Part shown: piece after piece, positions 1 to 14,200 of the stretch | Layout: each line of letters begins with the position of its first letter | Position numbering within the stretch: the first letter of the stretch is position 1 | Source of the DNA: Octopus vulgaris | Lineage: Eukaryota | Length of the DNA: 64,000 bases | Direction: 5' to 3' | Assembly (NCBI GenBank): GCA_951406725.2 | Contig: OX597822.1 | Location: 19,034,001 to 19,098,000, forward strand | Notes under the pieces: generated by a model | What the model was told of the DNA's origin: nothing | Databases searched by the model: none | The model's input: only the letters and a program-made list of their open reading frames with translations | Made by a program: the position numbers and the translations under genes

Positions 1-194
1 TCTTCACTTACTACACTAATTTCTACCTCCACCTGTTTATTTCCTTCTCATCAAATTTACATGAAAACTTAGAAATACTAGTTTTCTAACAAAACTGATG
101 TAGACTCTCAAACTTCCAATCTATTTGATGCACACTTCACCCGTTACCCCAATTCAGTCACATCATTACAAATGCCAGTTACTCAACTCAAAAA

Positions 195-1400
195 GTCTTG
201 TCACTTTGAAATGCAGTTAGGTCTTGTACTTGGGAGAAGCATCACTGATGTTCTCTTCCTTCTAAAGCAACTACAAGAGAAGCATTTAACCAAAAATAAA
301 CCTCTGTACTTGGCTTTTGCTGTTATGAAGAAAGCCTTTGATAGGGTCCCCCAGACCCTTATCTGGTATGCAATGTGGTAGTTATGGATAGATGAGTGGT
401 TGATGAGAGCTGTACAAGCCATGTACAGGGAAGCAATCAGAAAGGCAAAAGTTGGCAATGAGTGTAGTAAGGAATTTAGGGTACAGGTAGGAATTCACAA
501 AGGATTGATTCTCAGCCCCACCCCATTGTTCATGATAGTTCCCCTAGTCATAACAGAGGAATTTATGACTGGCTGCATTTGGGAGTTGTTCTATGCTGAT
601 GACCTTGTTCTTATTGCTGAACCACAAGAACAAGAGAAGAAATTTCAGGTCTGGAAGCAACATCTGGAATCAAAGGGCTCTAGAGTTAATTTAGCAAAGG
701 CTAAAGTCTTCATAAGCAGGAAAACAGACAAATTACACATCCTTTCAGGGAGATGGCCCTACTTTATATGTAGGAAAGGTGTAGGTAGAAATATGGTGTA
801 CCCAATAAACACAAAGAATGTACAGGAAATAGACTTCCTCAAATTGTCCAGGATTATCCTTAGAAGTAGTTGATAGCTTCCATTACCTCAACAGCCAAAT
901 TATCAATAGAGGAGGATGCTCTGAAAGCAGAATTGCTAGAATAAGAATGAACAGGGCAAAGTTCAGAGAGTTATAACCTTTGTTGGTAACAAAGGTTATA
1001 ACCCTTAGTGTGAAAGGCAGATTGTATGATGTCTGTGTATGAACAGGTATGCTACATAGCAGTGAAACACAGCTACAGAGAATATGCAAAGGCTTGAAAG
1101 AAACGAAGCCAGCATGCACGACTGGGTAGGCAATATCAGTGTGCATGTAGAACAGAGTGTAAATGATTTAAGAGAAAAATTGGGTATAAGAAGCATCGGG
1201 TGTAGTGTGTAAGAAAGAAGTTTGTGATGCATGTGAATGAGGACAGCTGCATTAGGTGCCAATATCTAATTGTAGATGGAACCCACGGAAGTAGATGTGG
1301 TATGAAGCGGTGACAAATGATCTTCAGATGTTGAGCCTCACAGAGAAATGGCAAGGAACCTGAGATCTCTGGTGATTTGCCATGCTTGAATCAAGCTAAG
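195..1400 (+). mobile_element. Degenerate RTE-clade LINE, RT and 3' region
   Basis: ORFs 172-381 (LYLAFAVMKKAFDRVP) and 400-873 (VGIHKGLILSP, LFYADDLVLIAE, VNLAKAKV) carry RT motifs; multiple stops and frameshifts follow. Confidence 0.85.
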
Positions 1401-1959
1401 TAAGATCATGGCCATCCATACATAGAGGCTTTTCCTTTGCAATCATGCCTTCCACTCATACACACATAATCTGTCTTCTATCAAAACACCCCTACAACCC
1501 ATCTTCCCAACATCCCCCATTCTACTCTCCACTGTACCCCTCCCCCGCCACTCTTCCCCATGTGGTTATCTGTACTCTCTCCATACCCCACCCCACTTCC
1601 ATATTCCCCCTCTCCCAGCCACCCTGTTTTCTCTCTCCTTTACTTGCTATGTCTTTCCTATCTCTAAACTTCTCCCCTTACATTCTTATGAACATTCCCT
1701 CTGTACCACTTACAGACCCCTTCACTGTTCTTTGTGGGTAGGTCCTGATGCATCTCCAACACTCTCTATCTTTCTCCCTAACACTCTCTCTCTCTTTCCT
1801 CTCCTTCCTGTCCTACTGGGATGTTCAAGTGTCCCCTCTATAGTAAAACAGCCATCTCTGTCCCTCTAAAATCTCTCACCTGGCACAAAGCCATATCCCT
1901 CACTTTGAATCCCTCTTCCACCTGAGTGGTGTCTTTGTCTTACAACCTACTTGGTGAAC

Positions 1960-2215
1960 CTGTTGGTGTCACATAAGAAGCACTTTTACTATAAAGTGCC
2001 TATGTCGGCGCCATGTACAAAGCACCCGTGTTGGTGCCACACAAAAAGCATCCAATTTACTCTGTAAAGTGGTTGGCATAAAGAAGGGCATCCAGCCATA
2101 GAAACTATTCCAAAACAGAGAAATAATGCCTGGTGTAGCTCTTTGGCTTGTTAGCTCTGGTCAAACCGTGCAACCCATAGAAAATGGATATTAAATGATG
2201 ATGATGATGATGATA
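1960..2215 (+). mobile_element. RTE-tailed SINE or RTE 3' end
   Basis: Degenerate ggtgccac..aaaagca repeats, gtggttggcataaagaagggcatccagc core and ggatattaaa(tga)n tail, homologous to the copy at 30730-31485. Confidence 0.75.
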
Positions 2216-3442
2216 TCTAAAGTTGATGGTTAAACCCATCACTGCTTAGAGTTTCACACCTGTATGTTAACATGCAAGTGATTTGCATAAGTCAAGGTTC
2301 TACTACATGTATTGACTTTCTTATTCCTTTCCTGCATTTCTAAATGTAACAATTTCTGTAGACATAATTTTAAAAATAAGAATTTTTTTGACCTTTAAAT
2401 ATTTCTGTTTGATTAGCTGACTTTTAATTTTCATCTCTCCTTTCTTTGTATTGGTTTGTCTTCACCAGTAATTACTAAAAAATTGTCAATATTCTAAAAT
2501 TGCCTCAGCTGGCAGAGAAGAAAACTTAAAAGATTAATTTTCCAAATTAGCTGCATCTGACAATTAACAAAACAACACTGTTCCAAAAACAAAACAAAAA
2601 AACTAATGATAAATACACAGAAAATAGAGAAAAAAAAAAGAGCTAAAACTTCCTGTTTAAAATGAAAATTCTGTGGTTGACAATTGCAAGTTAAGTGTAT
2701 TTCGTAAGGGCTGTGTGTTCATGTGTTTAAACATGAAATAATTCTGTGTTTGACGACCACAAACAAATGTTGTTAGCATAGGGAAATATCAGAGCTAAAA
2801 GATTCTACTGAAACTATCCAAAGAAGAATTCTATTTGGCAATAGTAGTAAACTGACTGGCTTTTTTATCTGAAATAGGCAACTATTGTTAGAAAAAGACC
2901 ATCTAAGTGCAGCTTTTTTTCCAGCAAAGAAAGCTTGTGGGATTAGCTGAGTATGAAATGAGAGAACTGTGTTGAAACTTCCTTTGGATTAAGAATTCTG
3001 CTGCTTACTTCTATGTGAATTCAGCTGGCATTTTTTAATGTAAATTCTTGTTTATTTATTTATTGTTTTTTTTCTCTTAAAGAATGTAAATTGATAAATG
3101 TTGGATGGATATGAATAAGTACTAACTTCAGAAAGATGAGGATGAATCTTACCTTGTATACACATACATAGATACATGCACATACACATTTCCATGCACT
3201 CTCTCATGTTCACACACATAAACACACACACAATATAAAAATGTAGGTAAAGAAAATTTTATAAAATCTAACATTCTGTGGATATTCAAGCTCCACATCT
3301 CTTAAAGTATGAGTCAAATGTTTACATATGTTACTATTTGTATATGTATGTATTATTATTATTATCGTTGTTGTTATTGTTATTGTTATTATCACTATTA
3401 AAGTAAGGTGATGAGCTAGTGGAATTGTTTACACATTGGGCT

Positions 3443-3935
3443 CATATGATGCATGTGGACGAGGACAGTTGTGTAAAGATGTGCCAATCTTTGTGGAGGA
3501 AACCTGTGGTAGAGGTAGGCCTAAGAAGACATGGGATGAAGTGGTGAAGCATGATCTTTGAACTTTGAGCCTCACAAAGGCAATGACTGGTGACCGAGAC
3601 CTTTGGCGATGTGCTGTGCTTTAGAGGACCCGACAAGCCAAGTGCACCCATGCTGGTGGCATATAAATAACATCTTTTGAACATTGAGCCTCACAGAAGC
3701 AAAGTGGCTGAGTTCCTTTAAAGCACTGGGCCTCACAGAGGCAAAGTGGCTGAGTTCCTTTTGAGTGTTGGGCCTCACGGAGGCAAGGTGGCTGAGTTCT
3801 TTTCACGTTTTGGACCTCACAGAAGCAATGACCAAAACCTTTGGCATATATTGTGCTTGAGAAGAAAACCTATCAAGCCAAGCAGAATCGCAGTCATGAC
3901 AGATACCAGTGTCACACAAATTGGTACCCATGCCT
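3443..3935 (+). mobile_element. RTE LINE 3' fragment with about four 37-38 bp tandem units
   Basis: Homologous to 1225-1400 (ggtagaggtaggcctaagaagacatgggatgaagtggtg, GRGRPKKTWDEVV). Unit gggcctcacagaggcaaagtggctgagttcc repeats over 3683-3830. Confidence 0.75.
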
Positions 3936-3959
3936 AAGGGACAAACTTTAGAAGTTTTA

Positions 3960-4540
3960 CTGGGCATTTTATTTCAGTCTCCTTCAGACACTTGTCTATA
4001 TCTTTGCTGACTGTTCCCAATGCACCAATTATTATAGGCTCAACCTTTAACTGTTCGCTTGCTCCAAATTCTTCTTATTTCAAATTTTAAGCGATAGCAT
4101 TTTTTGGTTTTTGTTTTTCTTTCTTTTTCTTTATGATCCTGGAATCGAATGGGCATGATGAGTCAATAAGTAAGCAACTTCACTTTTCCCTATCTATAAT
4201 TGTTATGTCTAGCTTTTCTAACATTTTATCTGCTTGAATAGGAAAGTCCCACAAAAATCTTACATTTCTCCAGCTCCAATATTCTTTTAACTCGATGATT
4301 GTACCATTTCCAGCTTCAAATCACCATTTCTGGCACAGTTTGCAGTGCAAAATTCTTACAGCCTCGTTGTGTCTCCATTTCTTATATTCTTCCTGTGCTA
4401 ACTTAGGGCATTCTGTCACAATGTGTGCCACTGTCTCATTCCAAGTTTCACAGGCTTTACATTTTTCAGACACATATTTTTTTTCAAGTTGTTTGTTTTT
4501 ATTGACTTGTAATATTTTGTGTCCTGAGTTTCTGCAGTCA
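3960..4540 (-). mobile_element. Degenerate R4/Dong-like RLE domain fragment
   Basis: Minus strand gives a decayed CCHC-RHN-WDF-(P)DI restriction-like endonuclease region, similar in layout to 11387-11960. Confidence 0.65.
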
Positions 4541-4547
4541 TTGTCAT

Positions 4548-4976
4548 GATACTACTGCTACTACAACTACTACTAATAATAATAATGATGGTGATGGTGT
4601 CGGTTTTTGTCTTAGATGCCATACTCCAACTTTCAGAGGAGAGGGAAAACCACTGGCTTTGAATGATACTTTATTTTCTCAACTCTGGAAGAATGACAGA
4701 TGAAGAGTGACCTTGCTGGAATTCAAATTCAGAATTTAAAGTAATGAAACATAATCCCAAGATACTACAACTACTACTACTAATAATAATAATGATGATG
4801 ATGGTGATGGTGTCGGTTTTTGTCTTAGATGCCATACTCCAACTTTCAGAGGAGAGGGAAAACCACTGGCTTTGAATGATACTTTATTTTCTCAACTCTG
4901 GAAGAATGACAGATGAAGAGTGACCTTGCTGGAATTCAAATTCAGAATTTAAAGTAATGAAACATAATCCCAAGAT
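4548..4976. repeat. Tandem duplication of about 213 bp containing a degenerate tRNA-SINE fragment
   Basis: 4548-4760 and 4761-4976 are near-identical (ggtgatggtgtcggtttttgtcttagatgccatactcc ... aacataatcccaagata). Confidence 0.95.
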
Positions 4977-5164
4977 AATTCTAGTTTGTGCGCATGTGTG
5001 TTTCCCAGTTTCACTCAGATCACTTCCATCCTCTCTTCTAAATTGTGAGTTGTCAGAACTGTGTTGGTCTAGCCCCTTCTCACATACTTTTACCCCTCAT
5101 CCTCTTGCATAAATCAGCTCCCTTAGGATTTGTTGTCTTGCAAGCTATGTGACAACTTCATTAA

Positions 5165-5345
5165 TGTTGGTGGCATCAAGAAAGCACCCAGAACATGCTG
5201 TAAAGAGGTTGGGTTTAAGAAGGGCGTCCATCCATAGAAACTGTGTCAAAGCAGACACTGGAGCACAATACAGCACTTGGACCCATTGGATCCTGTCAAA
5301 GTGTCCAACCCTTGTCACCATGGTAAATGAATGATGATAATGATA
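5165..5345 (+). mobile_element. RTE-tailed SINE fragment
   Basis: aagcacc..gaggttgggtttaagaagggcgtccatccatagaaac core and (tga)n tail. Confidence 0.7.
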
Positions 5346-5947
5346 ACTCCACTGGTTCCTATGCTCACTGGGAGCCAATCAACATGGGTTGCAAAGTGGA
5401 CCTTTGGTGTAATCTCTTGACAAAGATATAACTGGGCATGGAATTATTGGTGCAACAAAGAACTGCAGAGAAAGCTACTAGATAATAAGCTACTACTGTA
5501 GAAAGAGCATGGATTATTGCTTCTGGGATGTAAACCAGGATTTGATCAAGCCCAGCTCAGTTAACTGAATAACTGAGGTAATGTTGAAAGAAGTAGAAGG
5601 CCCTGTCAAACCTCAACAACTCCAAGAACATAATTGTTTATACAGGATAATGTGAAACACACACACACACATGCATGCATGCTCACACATACACACATAC
5701 ATATGAGTAGATAGATAGAATTTCCCTACTTCACACACAAGGAGGAAAGGCACATGCATAACCCCAAGCCCAAGCCAGATAAATATACACAACACATACA
5801 GAGTATTATCTGGCAGGCACAACACAGAAAGAGTAATTCCACTACAATAGAAAATGCAAAACCAAAACTGCACATATCCAAAGTACACACAGCATTGCTC
5901 ACTATGAAAGCATGCAATGAAAATAAGACAACAGTATATTCATTTTA

Positions 5948-6155
5948 AAATTTGGCACAAGGCCAGCAACTTCGGGGAGAGTTAAGTTAATTACATCAAC
6001 CTCAGTACTCAACTGGTACTTATTTATTGACCTTGAAAGGATGAAAGGTAAAGTCAACCCTGGTGGCACCTGAACTCAGAGTGTAAGGTTCGAAGAAATA
6101 CCACTAAATGTTTTTTTTCCAGCAGAGTAACAATTCCACCAGCTCACTTCCTTAA
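5948..6155 (-). mobile_element. tRNA-derived SINE, family 2 (gagctggcagaa head; gcctttcatcctttc..gataaaataagtacc body)
   Basis: Reverse complement of the family seen at 37934-38352 and 38968-39180. A more decayed copy follows at about 6170-6365. Confidence 0.8.
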
Positions 6156-6435
6156 TAATAATAATAATTTTTCTAAAATAAGTACACAACCAAACATTTG
6201 TGATTAGTTGAATTAATTGATCCTAGTACTTGAGTAGTTCTTTATGTTATTGACCCCTAATGAACGAAATGTAAAGTTGATTTCAGTCAGATTTGAACCC
6301 AAAATGTTACGAGCTAGAACAAATGCCACAAAGCATTTTCTTTGATGCTCTAAAGATTCTCCCTGTCTCTAAAAATGAAATCTTTGCCAAGGAGAAATAC
6401 ATATTTGCTAATCTATAATAATTATCACACGTGTG

Positions 6436-6499
<64 letters not shown>

Positions 6500-6967
6500 A
6501 AACGTGCTTATACTGTCTCCTCTCATAAGCTCGTCTTCATAGCATTCATAATAATTTTTCCATTGTCTTGGCTTAACAGCTCTCACCGTTTGTTTTTACT
6601 GTTTTGTTCTCACTGTCCTGTTCTTGTTACCACTTTCACCCTCTGCAAAAAATCCCAAATTTTATTTAATTTGCTTTGTAGGAAGGACTGTCTCAATGAA
6701 GTTGCGTATTGTCCTTGCTTTTGAACGCGGAGTAGATGAAACAGAGACAACTGAAGAAGAGGAATATTCTTTATGTTGCATGTCTCATTTCTCTGTTTGT
6801 TTTTTTCCGTTGTTCCCCCAAAAAGTTTGTTTCTATGTTTTTGTTTTTATGTTTTCATTTCTCATTTTGTTCAACATATTTTTGATGTCCTGTACCCATA
6901 TATGCATGTAAGTATATATACATATATATGTAGGTATGTACAATAAATATATGCATATATTTATATA

Positions 6968-8408
6968 CTAGCATTATGACCCGTCGTTGCTGGGTCATAG
7001 TGCTAGTGCATGTATATATGTGTACATATTACAAGTACATCTATATATATACATCTACACATAAAGTACAAAATACAAAGTTATATCTTGATATCGCTAG
7101 TGATAACAATACTCAAAATATATAACAGACTGGAATTGTAAGCCTGTCTCTTGCAATTCCGATCAATTGTATCTTGTCCTCCCTCTTGTATAGAAGTGTG
7201 GCTACAATCCAGCCTACCTCTACTTCTGGGGGGACATTTTTAATTTTTATCCAGGACGTCCTACGTCCCAGATATAAAGGTGAAAACAAAATATTTCCAC
7301 TTTGCAAGGTTCGAGTTGAGTACTCCCTTGCACGCTCCGTTGACTCGAACCTTGCTTCTACTGTGGCGAATTTACCACCTCTGGTTAGATATCTTTCATA
7401 GTCGCATCAAGACACTTTTCGATGGTGCTTTCCTCCAGGTGTTCAAATCTTCTTTTTTTCTCTACATTGTATACTTTATAGACAATAGTCTTTTCTTTAA
7501 TTTAATTTTTTATTTCATTTGGTGGTCTTATCCTCACCGTCTTTGTTGGTGATCAATCCGAAATAGGTTTGTATTTCTTCCATTTTAATTTTAATGAGTT
7601 CGCGCCCGCCAATGGCTGCAGCGAAATTCATTTTTGGACTTTCTTCTATCAAAGGCATTCTAACAAAAATGCTTCCGTGTAAACGGTGAAAATATTGTCA
7701 ATTTCCCCCAACAGAGACACAATTCAATTTTTAAACAATAACCAAAGCTCCTTCTCCCAAAGGGGGAGAGTTACAGTTTACAATTATTTAACAAATGCAA
7801 CACAACGTTTCCCTTACAAGGAACCAACAAACGTGATAACAATAGTTAAACAGTAATAATAATAACAACAAACCTTACAGTGAATCAAAAAGCAGTACAC
7901 AGTTGAAGCTTTAGTCCTTTATGTATAATAGTCCATCTGGACTATTCCATTTCTTGCACGCTAATTTTATTTTTAATTTATTCCCATTCATGTGAAAGCA
8001 CTTATTCAAGTTCAAGTCATTGATGCAATTTTATACCAATTGCTATTTTTATTTTTGTTATGTTACTATTATATTATACTTTAGTTTGATTTTAATTATT
8101 ACTTACTACATATAATTCAATTGTTATTATTATCTCTAATTTTTATTGTTAAAGTGAAAGTATCTGACATAAAATACAGAAATGTTTTTGTTTCACTTTT
8201 AACACGTAATACTGAAATAGTGAAGAAGATATGATATTGCTATGGGCTCGCCCTAGGCAAGCAGTTGAACATTTTTTTGCCCATGAAACTACATGGACCC
8301 TAAGTAAGGCATGTGTAAATTTTGAATGGAATTGGTTGTGTAGTTCTCAAGTTTTAGGGAAACACACAGACAGACAGACAGACACACATTCTCAGTTTTA
8401 TATATAGA
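6968..8408 (-). mobile_element. Non-autonomous Helitron-like element carrying a LINE 5'/ORF1 fragment
   Basis: On the minus strand it begins TCTATATATAAAACTGAGAATGTGTGTCTGTCTGTC (about 8408) and ends in a GACCC..GGGTC hairpin followed by CTAG (6968-7000). TC...hairpin-CTAG are canonical Helitron termini. Confidence 0.7.
7110..7900 (-). mobile_element. 5' UTR and ORF1 fragment of an L1/Tx1-like LINE
   Basis: Minus-strand peptide FATVEARFESTERAREYSTRTLQSGNILFSPLYLGRRTSWIKIKNVPPEVEVGWIVATLL resembles RRM-type ORF1 proteins (I-x-I-x-N-V-P-P-E-V). Frameshifted. Confidence 0.5.
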
Positions 8409-8558
8409 GAGATTATGATATATATATATAGAGAGAGAGATTATGATATATATATATATATATATTCTCTTTCAACCAAAACTGTCCGATGAATAATAGA
8501 GAGAGAGAGAGAGAGAGAGTAATAGTTTTTGAGATGTATTTGCAGCTTTATTAATAAA

Positions 8559-8603
<45 letters not shown>

Positions 8604-8905
8604 TGAAAGAGAGTTTCTGTCTGTTTGTCCCACAAAACATAATTGAGACACCATCTCATTTATAAGCATGGGTGTTTTGTCTACTTTCACAGTAAACATG
8701 GTTATGATAATGATGAGGAAGTTGTGACCAGAGCTAAAGTGCCAAAATTTGCAAGAAATTGACACGTTTCAATCTCCACCCCCTTGCTTTCTGTCTTTAT
8801 TTATCTTCCTGTTTTTCTATTTGGCCAAGAATGGTCAGCATTCAAGACAATGACAGCCACCACATTTATTTATTCAAAGATCTGTTCTGAACAATTAAAC
8901 ACTGT

Positions 8906-9016
<111 letters not shown>

Positions 9017-9294
9017 GCCACAAGTAGAAATAACAAAAAGACATTCTGGGGTCAGTACGTCCAACTAAAACTTCTTCAAGGTGGTGCCCCAGCATGGTCA
9101 CAATCTAATGGCTGAACAAGTAAAAGGTGAAAAGAAAGAAAAGATAAAGGAAAATTATAAAAGTGAGTGTTTTGTCCACTTTCTCCAGCAGAGCAGCATT
9201 CTAAAGAAATGGCGCTGCTATTTTTTTACCTGTCTCTCTCTCTAAAAGAATACACACACACACACACACACATGTATATTCATTCATGTTTCAT

Positions 9295-9640
9295 AGCACA
9301 TGACCGTACCAGCGCAGTCGTCTCTCTTGCACACCACGTCTGATGCTTCTTATATCCAACATTTCTGTCAGGGCACTTACACTTTGTCATGTGTGCACAC
9401 TGACATAACACATCCAGAACATCATACTAGCTTCATTTCTTTCAAACATACGCATGTCTTCAGCAATCATGGCTCCTGTTTCACTGCCATGTAGCATGGC
9501 TGTTCGCACACAGGCATCGTACTATCTACCTTTCACTCTGAGCTAGAGACCCTTTGTCACCTGTAGAGGTAGAAGCTTTCTGAACTTTGCCCAGGCTATT
9601 CTTATTCTAGTGACAATGCTCTCTGAGCATCCACCCCCAC
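9295..9640 (-). mobile_element. RTE LINE fragment
   Basis: Reverse complement of the RTE region at 910-1230 (ggatgctcagagagcattgtcactagaataagaatagcctgggcaaagttcag). Confidence 0.8.
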
Positions 9641-9693
9641 TACAGACTCTCAATAAACGTAATTACCTGATCAACGACAGGTTTTACTGCTAG

Positions 9694-9750
<57 letters not shown>

Positions 9751-10253
9751 CAAATACCTAATGTATGTGTGTGTTGTTAAACACTTGTGGCTGTGGTATT
9801 TTGTGTAAGGGAGGCTTCTTTAAAGATATGTGCTGTTACAAAACACAGTATACTTCAAAGCAAGACAACACATAAGTGAACAAGAACAACTAATATAAAA
9901 TATTTCACAGTTTTTGTTATTCATTGGTGTTGTATACTTGACCCTCTTTTGAAACTAAATCAAAATAGCCAGCTAGAGGTATATGCATATATAATAAAAT
10001 ATATTTACTGATGTGCAATAGCACTGCACAAGGAGAGCAAAGTTCAAGTTTTGTGTTAGGAGCAAATCAATAATGTAATTATCAGTTTCACATACTTAAT
10101 TTATGTGTGTTATTAAACACTAGTAGCTGTGGTATTTTGTGTAAGGAAGGTCCCTTTAAAAAATATAATATACTTGAAAGCTAGGCAAAATGAAATCACC
10201 CCAGAACTAAACAAAAATAACAGATTTTGAAGTTTTCTGCTACTTTTTCATTG

Positions 10254-10368
<115 letters not shown>

Positions 10369-10982
10369 GTAAATATACACACACACACGTCTCCCTGGTT
10401 TTTATGTGCTAGGCCACTTGGTGTTAAACTGATGGTATTATTAAATTAATATCTAATTTTTCACCCTCATTTATGAATTTATATATATATATACATATAT
10501 ATATATGCCCTTGTATGTATATGTATGTGCATGTGTATATATCTATATATATGTATATAAATATATTATACATTTGTGTTTAAGAAATGTTTTATTAATT
10601 CTACTGGATGTATTATCTAAGTAAATGTCCTATAAATAATCTGTCCATTTATTTATATTCTATGCCAATAACTATTGCTGTCCAGAGCAGGAACTATTAT
10701 TAATCTATAACCCTTTCAATGGCAGTTGAAATGATTCTTTAACCCGAATGCAGTTTGACTTTATTCTACACTCAGTATCATTCTTCCATAGTATTATATT
10801 TTATCCTCCATTTCAGATGGTATATTATTAAATCATCTTCATGTGCTCCATTTGACTGCAATATCATATACAGTTACTATTTCTAACATATAGGTACAAC
10901 CTCCCATTTTTGGAGAAAATTGTAGTTAACTATATCAATTTCAGTATTTTGTTAGTATTCTATTTTATCAGCATCTAAGCCA

Positions 10983-11175
10983 ATGAGCTAGTAGAAATGT
11001 TTGAGTGTTGCAGTATTTGTTCCAGCTGTTTACATTCTGAGTTCAAATCCCACTGAAATCAACTTTGCCTTTCATCCTTTCAAAGTCAATAAAATAAAGG
11101 ACCATTCAAGTATTGCAGTCAATTTAATCAACTAGCCACAAATTTCTGGCCTTGTGACTATATTTGTAACAATTG
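10983..11175 (+). mobile_element. tRNA-derived SINE, family 2
   Basis: gagctagtagaa head, ctgagttcaaatccc B-box and aactttgcctttcatcctttcaaagtcaataaaataaaggacc body. Confidence 0.75.
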
Positions 11176-11209
11176 TTATTTTTGTTATTATTATTATTGT
11201 TATTATTAC

Positions 11210-14200
11210 TTTTTTTTTTCTTCTTTCAAATTTGCTTCCATTTCTTGCCGAGTGTCTTCCCGACTCCTAGGGCAAAGAAACTCATAGCATACATTGGTAG
11301 GCCATTAAACCAAACTCAGTAGTTCGTTCATTTTTTTTTTTTTTTTTTTTTAAAGTTAAATTAAAATACATGAGCAGCAACAGTTCTCACATCGACAATG
11401 CTCTTCTCAATACGTGTGATGTACCAGTTAAGACAATCTTTTGCACTTCTTGCAGGGATGGTAAGCCAGGGATCATTCTCATATAATTTTCGGTTCCCTT
11501 CTTGATCATTCCTAGTGCTCCTACGATCACTGGTATTGTAACCGCCTTGAGATGCCACATTTTCTCAATTTCAATGAGTAGGTCTTTATATTTTCTGAGC
11601 TTGTCAAACTCTTTCGCTGAAATATTATGATCACAGGGGATGCTCATGTCGATCAATAAGCAAACTTTATTGTTTTGGTCTTTCACAACAATATCTGGTT
11701 TATTGGCCTTGATGGTTCAGTCTGTATGTACTGGAACGTCCCACAGAATGGTTACATTTTCTCCTTCAGTTACAGCCTCAGGGTGGTGATTATACCACTT
11801 GGCAGTTTTGATATTGTAATGCCGACTTATTAGCCAGTGGAGATATTAGCCAACTCTGTCATGTCTTAATTTATACTCCACTGGTGCTAAGACTTTACAT
11901 CCAGAGATTAGGTGGTCCACTGTTTCAATCATGTCGTTGCAGAATCGGCATTTTGGGTCTGCTCCATTTTTCATCACCTTGGCCTGGTAGTTCTGGGTTA
12001 ATAGGCTTTGATCTTGAGCAGCCAGGATGAAACCTTCGCTCTCTGCTTTTAGCCCTGAGCTCCGTAGCCACTGATGGGTTTGCTTCTGGTCAACATCAGC
12101 TTGTTTGCTGCGGGTCACATATTTGCCGTGCAGAGGTTTCTCCTCCCACCTATCAGCCAATTGCTCGTGCGCTTTCTTCATTGCCATCATTTTCACCTTC
12201 TTTGCAACAATAGTTGCCGTACTTCCCTCGGGTTGTTCAGTTTGGGTATCCTGCACGAGATCAATAGCAAATTTTTTGCTTTCCTTTATGATAGAATGAA
12301 GCTTCTTTTGTCTCTCGTGATTTTCCACGAGCTTTAGCATCCAGGCATTCGATATTTCGAGATATTTGACCAGTCCAATTGTGGTTGTTTTGTAAGCTAG
12401 TTCAAATTGGATCAGGCCTCGACCTCCTTGGGCTCTGGGAAGGTAAAGGCGATCTACGTCTGCCTTTGGGTGGTGCATCCTATTACAACTCAGCAGCTTG
12501 CGTATTTTTCTATCTATATTCTTTACTTCACTCATATTCCAGTTCAACACATTGTAGCTATAAGTAACAACTGGAACTGCTAAGGAATTTATAGCTAACA
12601 CCTTGTTACGTGCATTTAGTTCAGATTTCAGGACTGCACGAACTCTCCTATAACATTCCTTCCTGATTTTCTCTTTCATGCTTGCATGCTGAATACCAGA
12701 GCCTTCATTTATCCCTAAATATTTGTATGTTTGTTCTTGCTCAAGCTCTCTTATGACTGTGTCAACATCTAACACGACTGAATTTGTGGTCTTCACTTTC
12801 CCTTTCTGGAAAGTGGCCTTGGCACACTTCTCAAGTCCAAACTCCATCCCGATGTCATCGCTGAATGCTTTCACGGTGCGCAATAGGCCTTCAAGTTCAT
12901 TATTGTCTTTACCATAAAGTTTTAAGTCATCCATATAAAATAGATGGCTTATTTTTTTATTGGCAATTTTATACCCATACCCTGTTCTGTTTAATTCACT
13001 TGTAAGGGGTATTAGGGCTATGCAGAATATTAAAGGTGAAAGTGAGTCACCTTGAAAAATTCCACAGTTGATGTTTATATTTTCTGAGGCAAGTACTCCA
13101 TTGGAGATTCGTATTCCACAACGACATATTGTGCTTCAGGAAGTTTGAAATCACAGGGGAAATTTTGAAGATGTCCAGCGATCTCAAGATCCATGGATGC
13201 GGTATACTGTCGAAGGCCTTTTTGTAGTCAATCCATGCGGTACTGAGATTTCTGCACTTGTTGTGACAGTTCTCAAGGATCATACGATTGATTAGCAGTT
13301 GATCTTTGCATCCATAAGAGCCTTGGCGGCACCCTTTTTGTTCAATGGGGAAAATATCATTCTCCTCCATGAATGCATATGTTTTCTCCGCCAGGATAGA
13401 TGTTAGGATTTTATACGTGGTGGATAGACAGGTTATAGGCCGATAGTTTTTTGGAAGGTTGGTTTCGTTATTCTTTGGGAGTAGGTAAGTAATGCCACTT
13501 GCTAACCATTCAGGTGTTTTCTTTGGGTCTCTCATAATTCCATTAAGCAGCTGAACTAGCTTACCGTGTGCGCATGGGAGCGATGCGAGCCAGAAATTCG
13601 GCACCCTATCTTTACCGGGGGATTTCCAATTATGGGCCTTCGTGAGTGCCTTTTTTAGGTCTGCTATTGTGATGTCTTCCCATGCTTGTTGTTGTAAATT
13701 TTGGTAGGATCCTTCAGTTTGTATAATCCAGTCTGCATTTATGTTGTACGTCTTCTTGTCACTCCAAATCCTTTTCCAAAAGTTTTGAACTTCTTCCATG
13801 GGAGGGGGTCTTTAACGGTTACTTTCTCCTTCCCTATTTCTCTGTAGAATTTTTTGGCATTGGATGTGAACAGCTTATTTTGCTTGTAAAACTTGTTTCT
13901 CTTCTCAAATCTTCGTATTCTCTGGGCTTTTGCTTGGACTTTTTGTTTCAGCGTTTCTTTTATTGATATCAGTTCTTCTCTTGGTGAGGATCCAAATTTT
14001 CTCTTCATCTTTCTTCCTGTTCTGGATCTTACATCATTTCCACATATTAGTTCATTTTCAATTTTACTTCTCCAGGTTTGATTTCTTCCCAGGTTTTGTT
14101 TTCTTTGATTTTTCGGGGGCATACAGCTGGTTTCAATTGCCCTAGCAGAAGCGTAAATAATTTCATTTAACTCAGTAAAATCAGGTTTTAATTCTCGTAT

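Noticed and set aside
5350-5620. Possible gag-like remnant
   Set aside because: Only a vague resemblance, with several stops; insufficient evidence.
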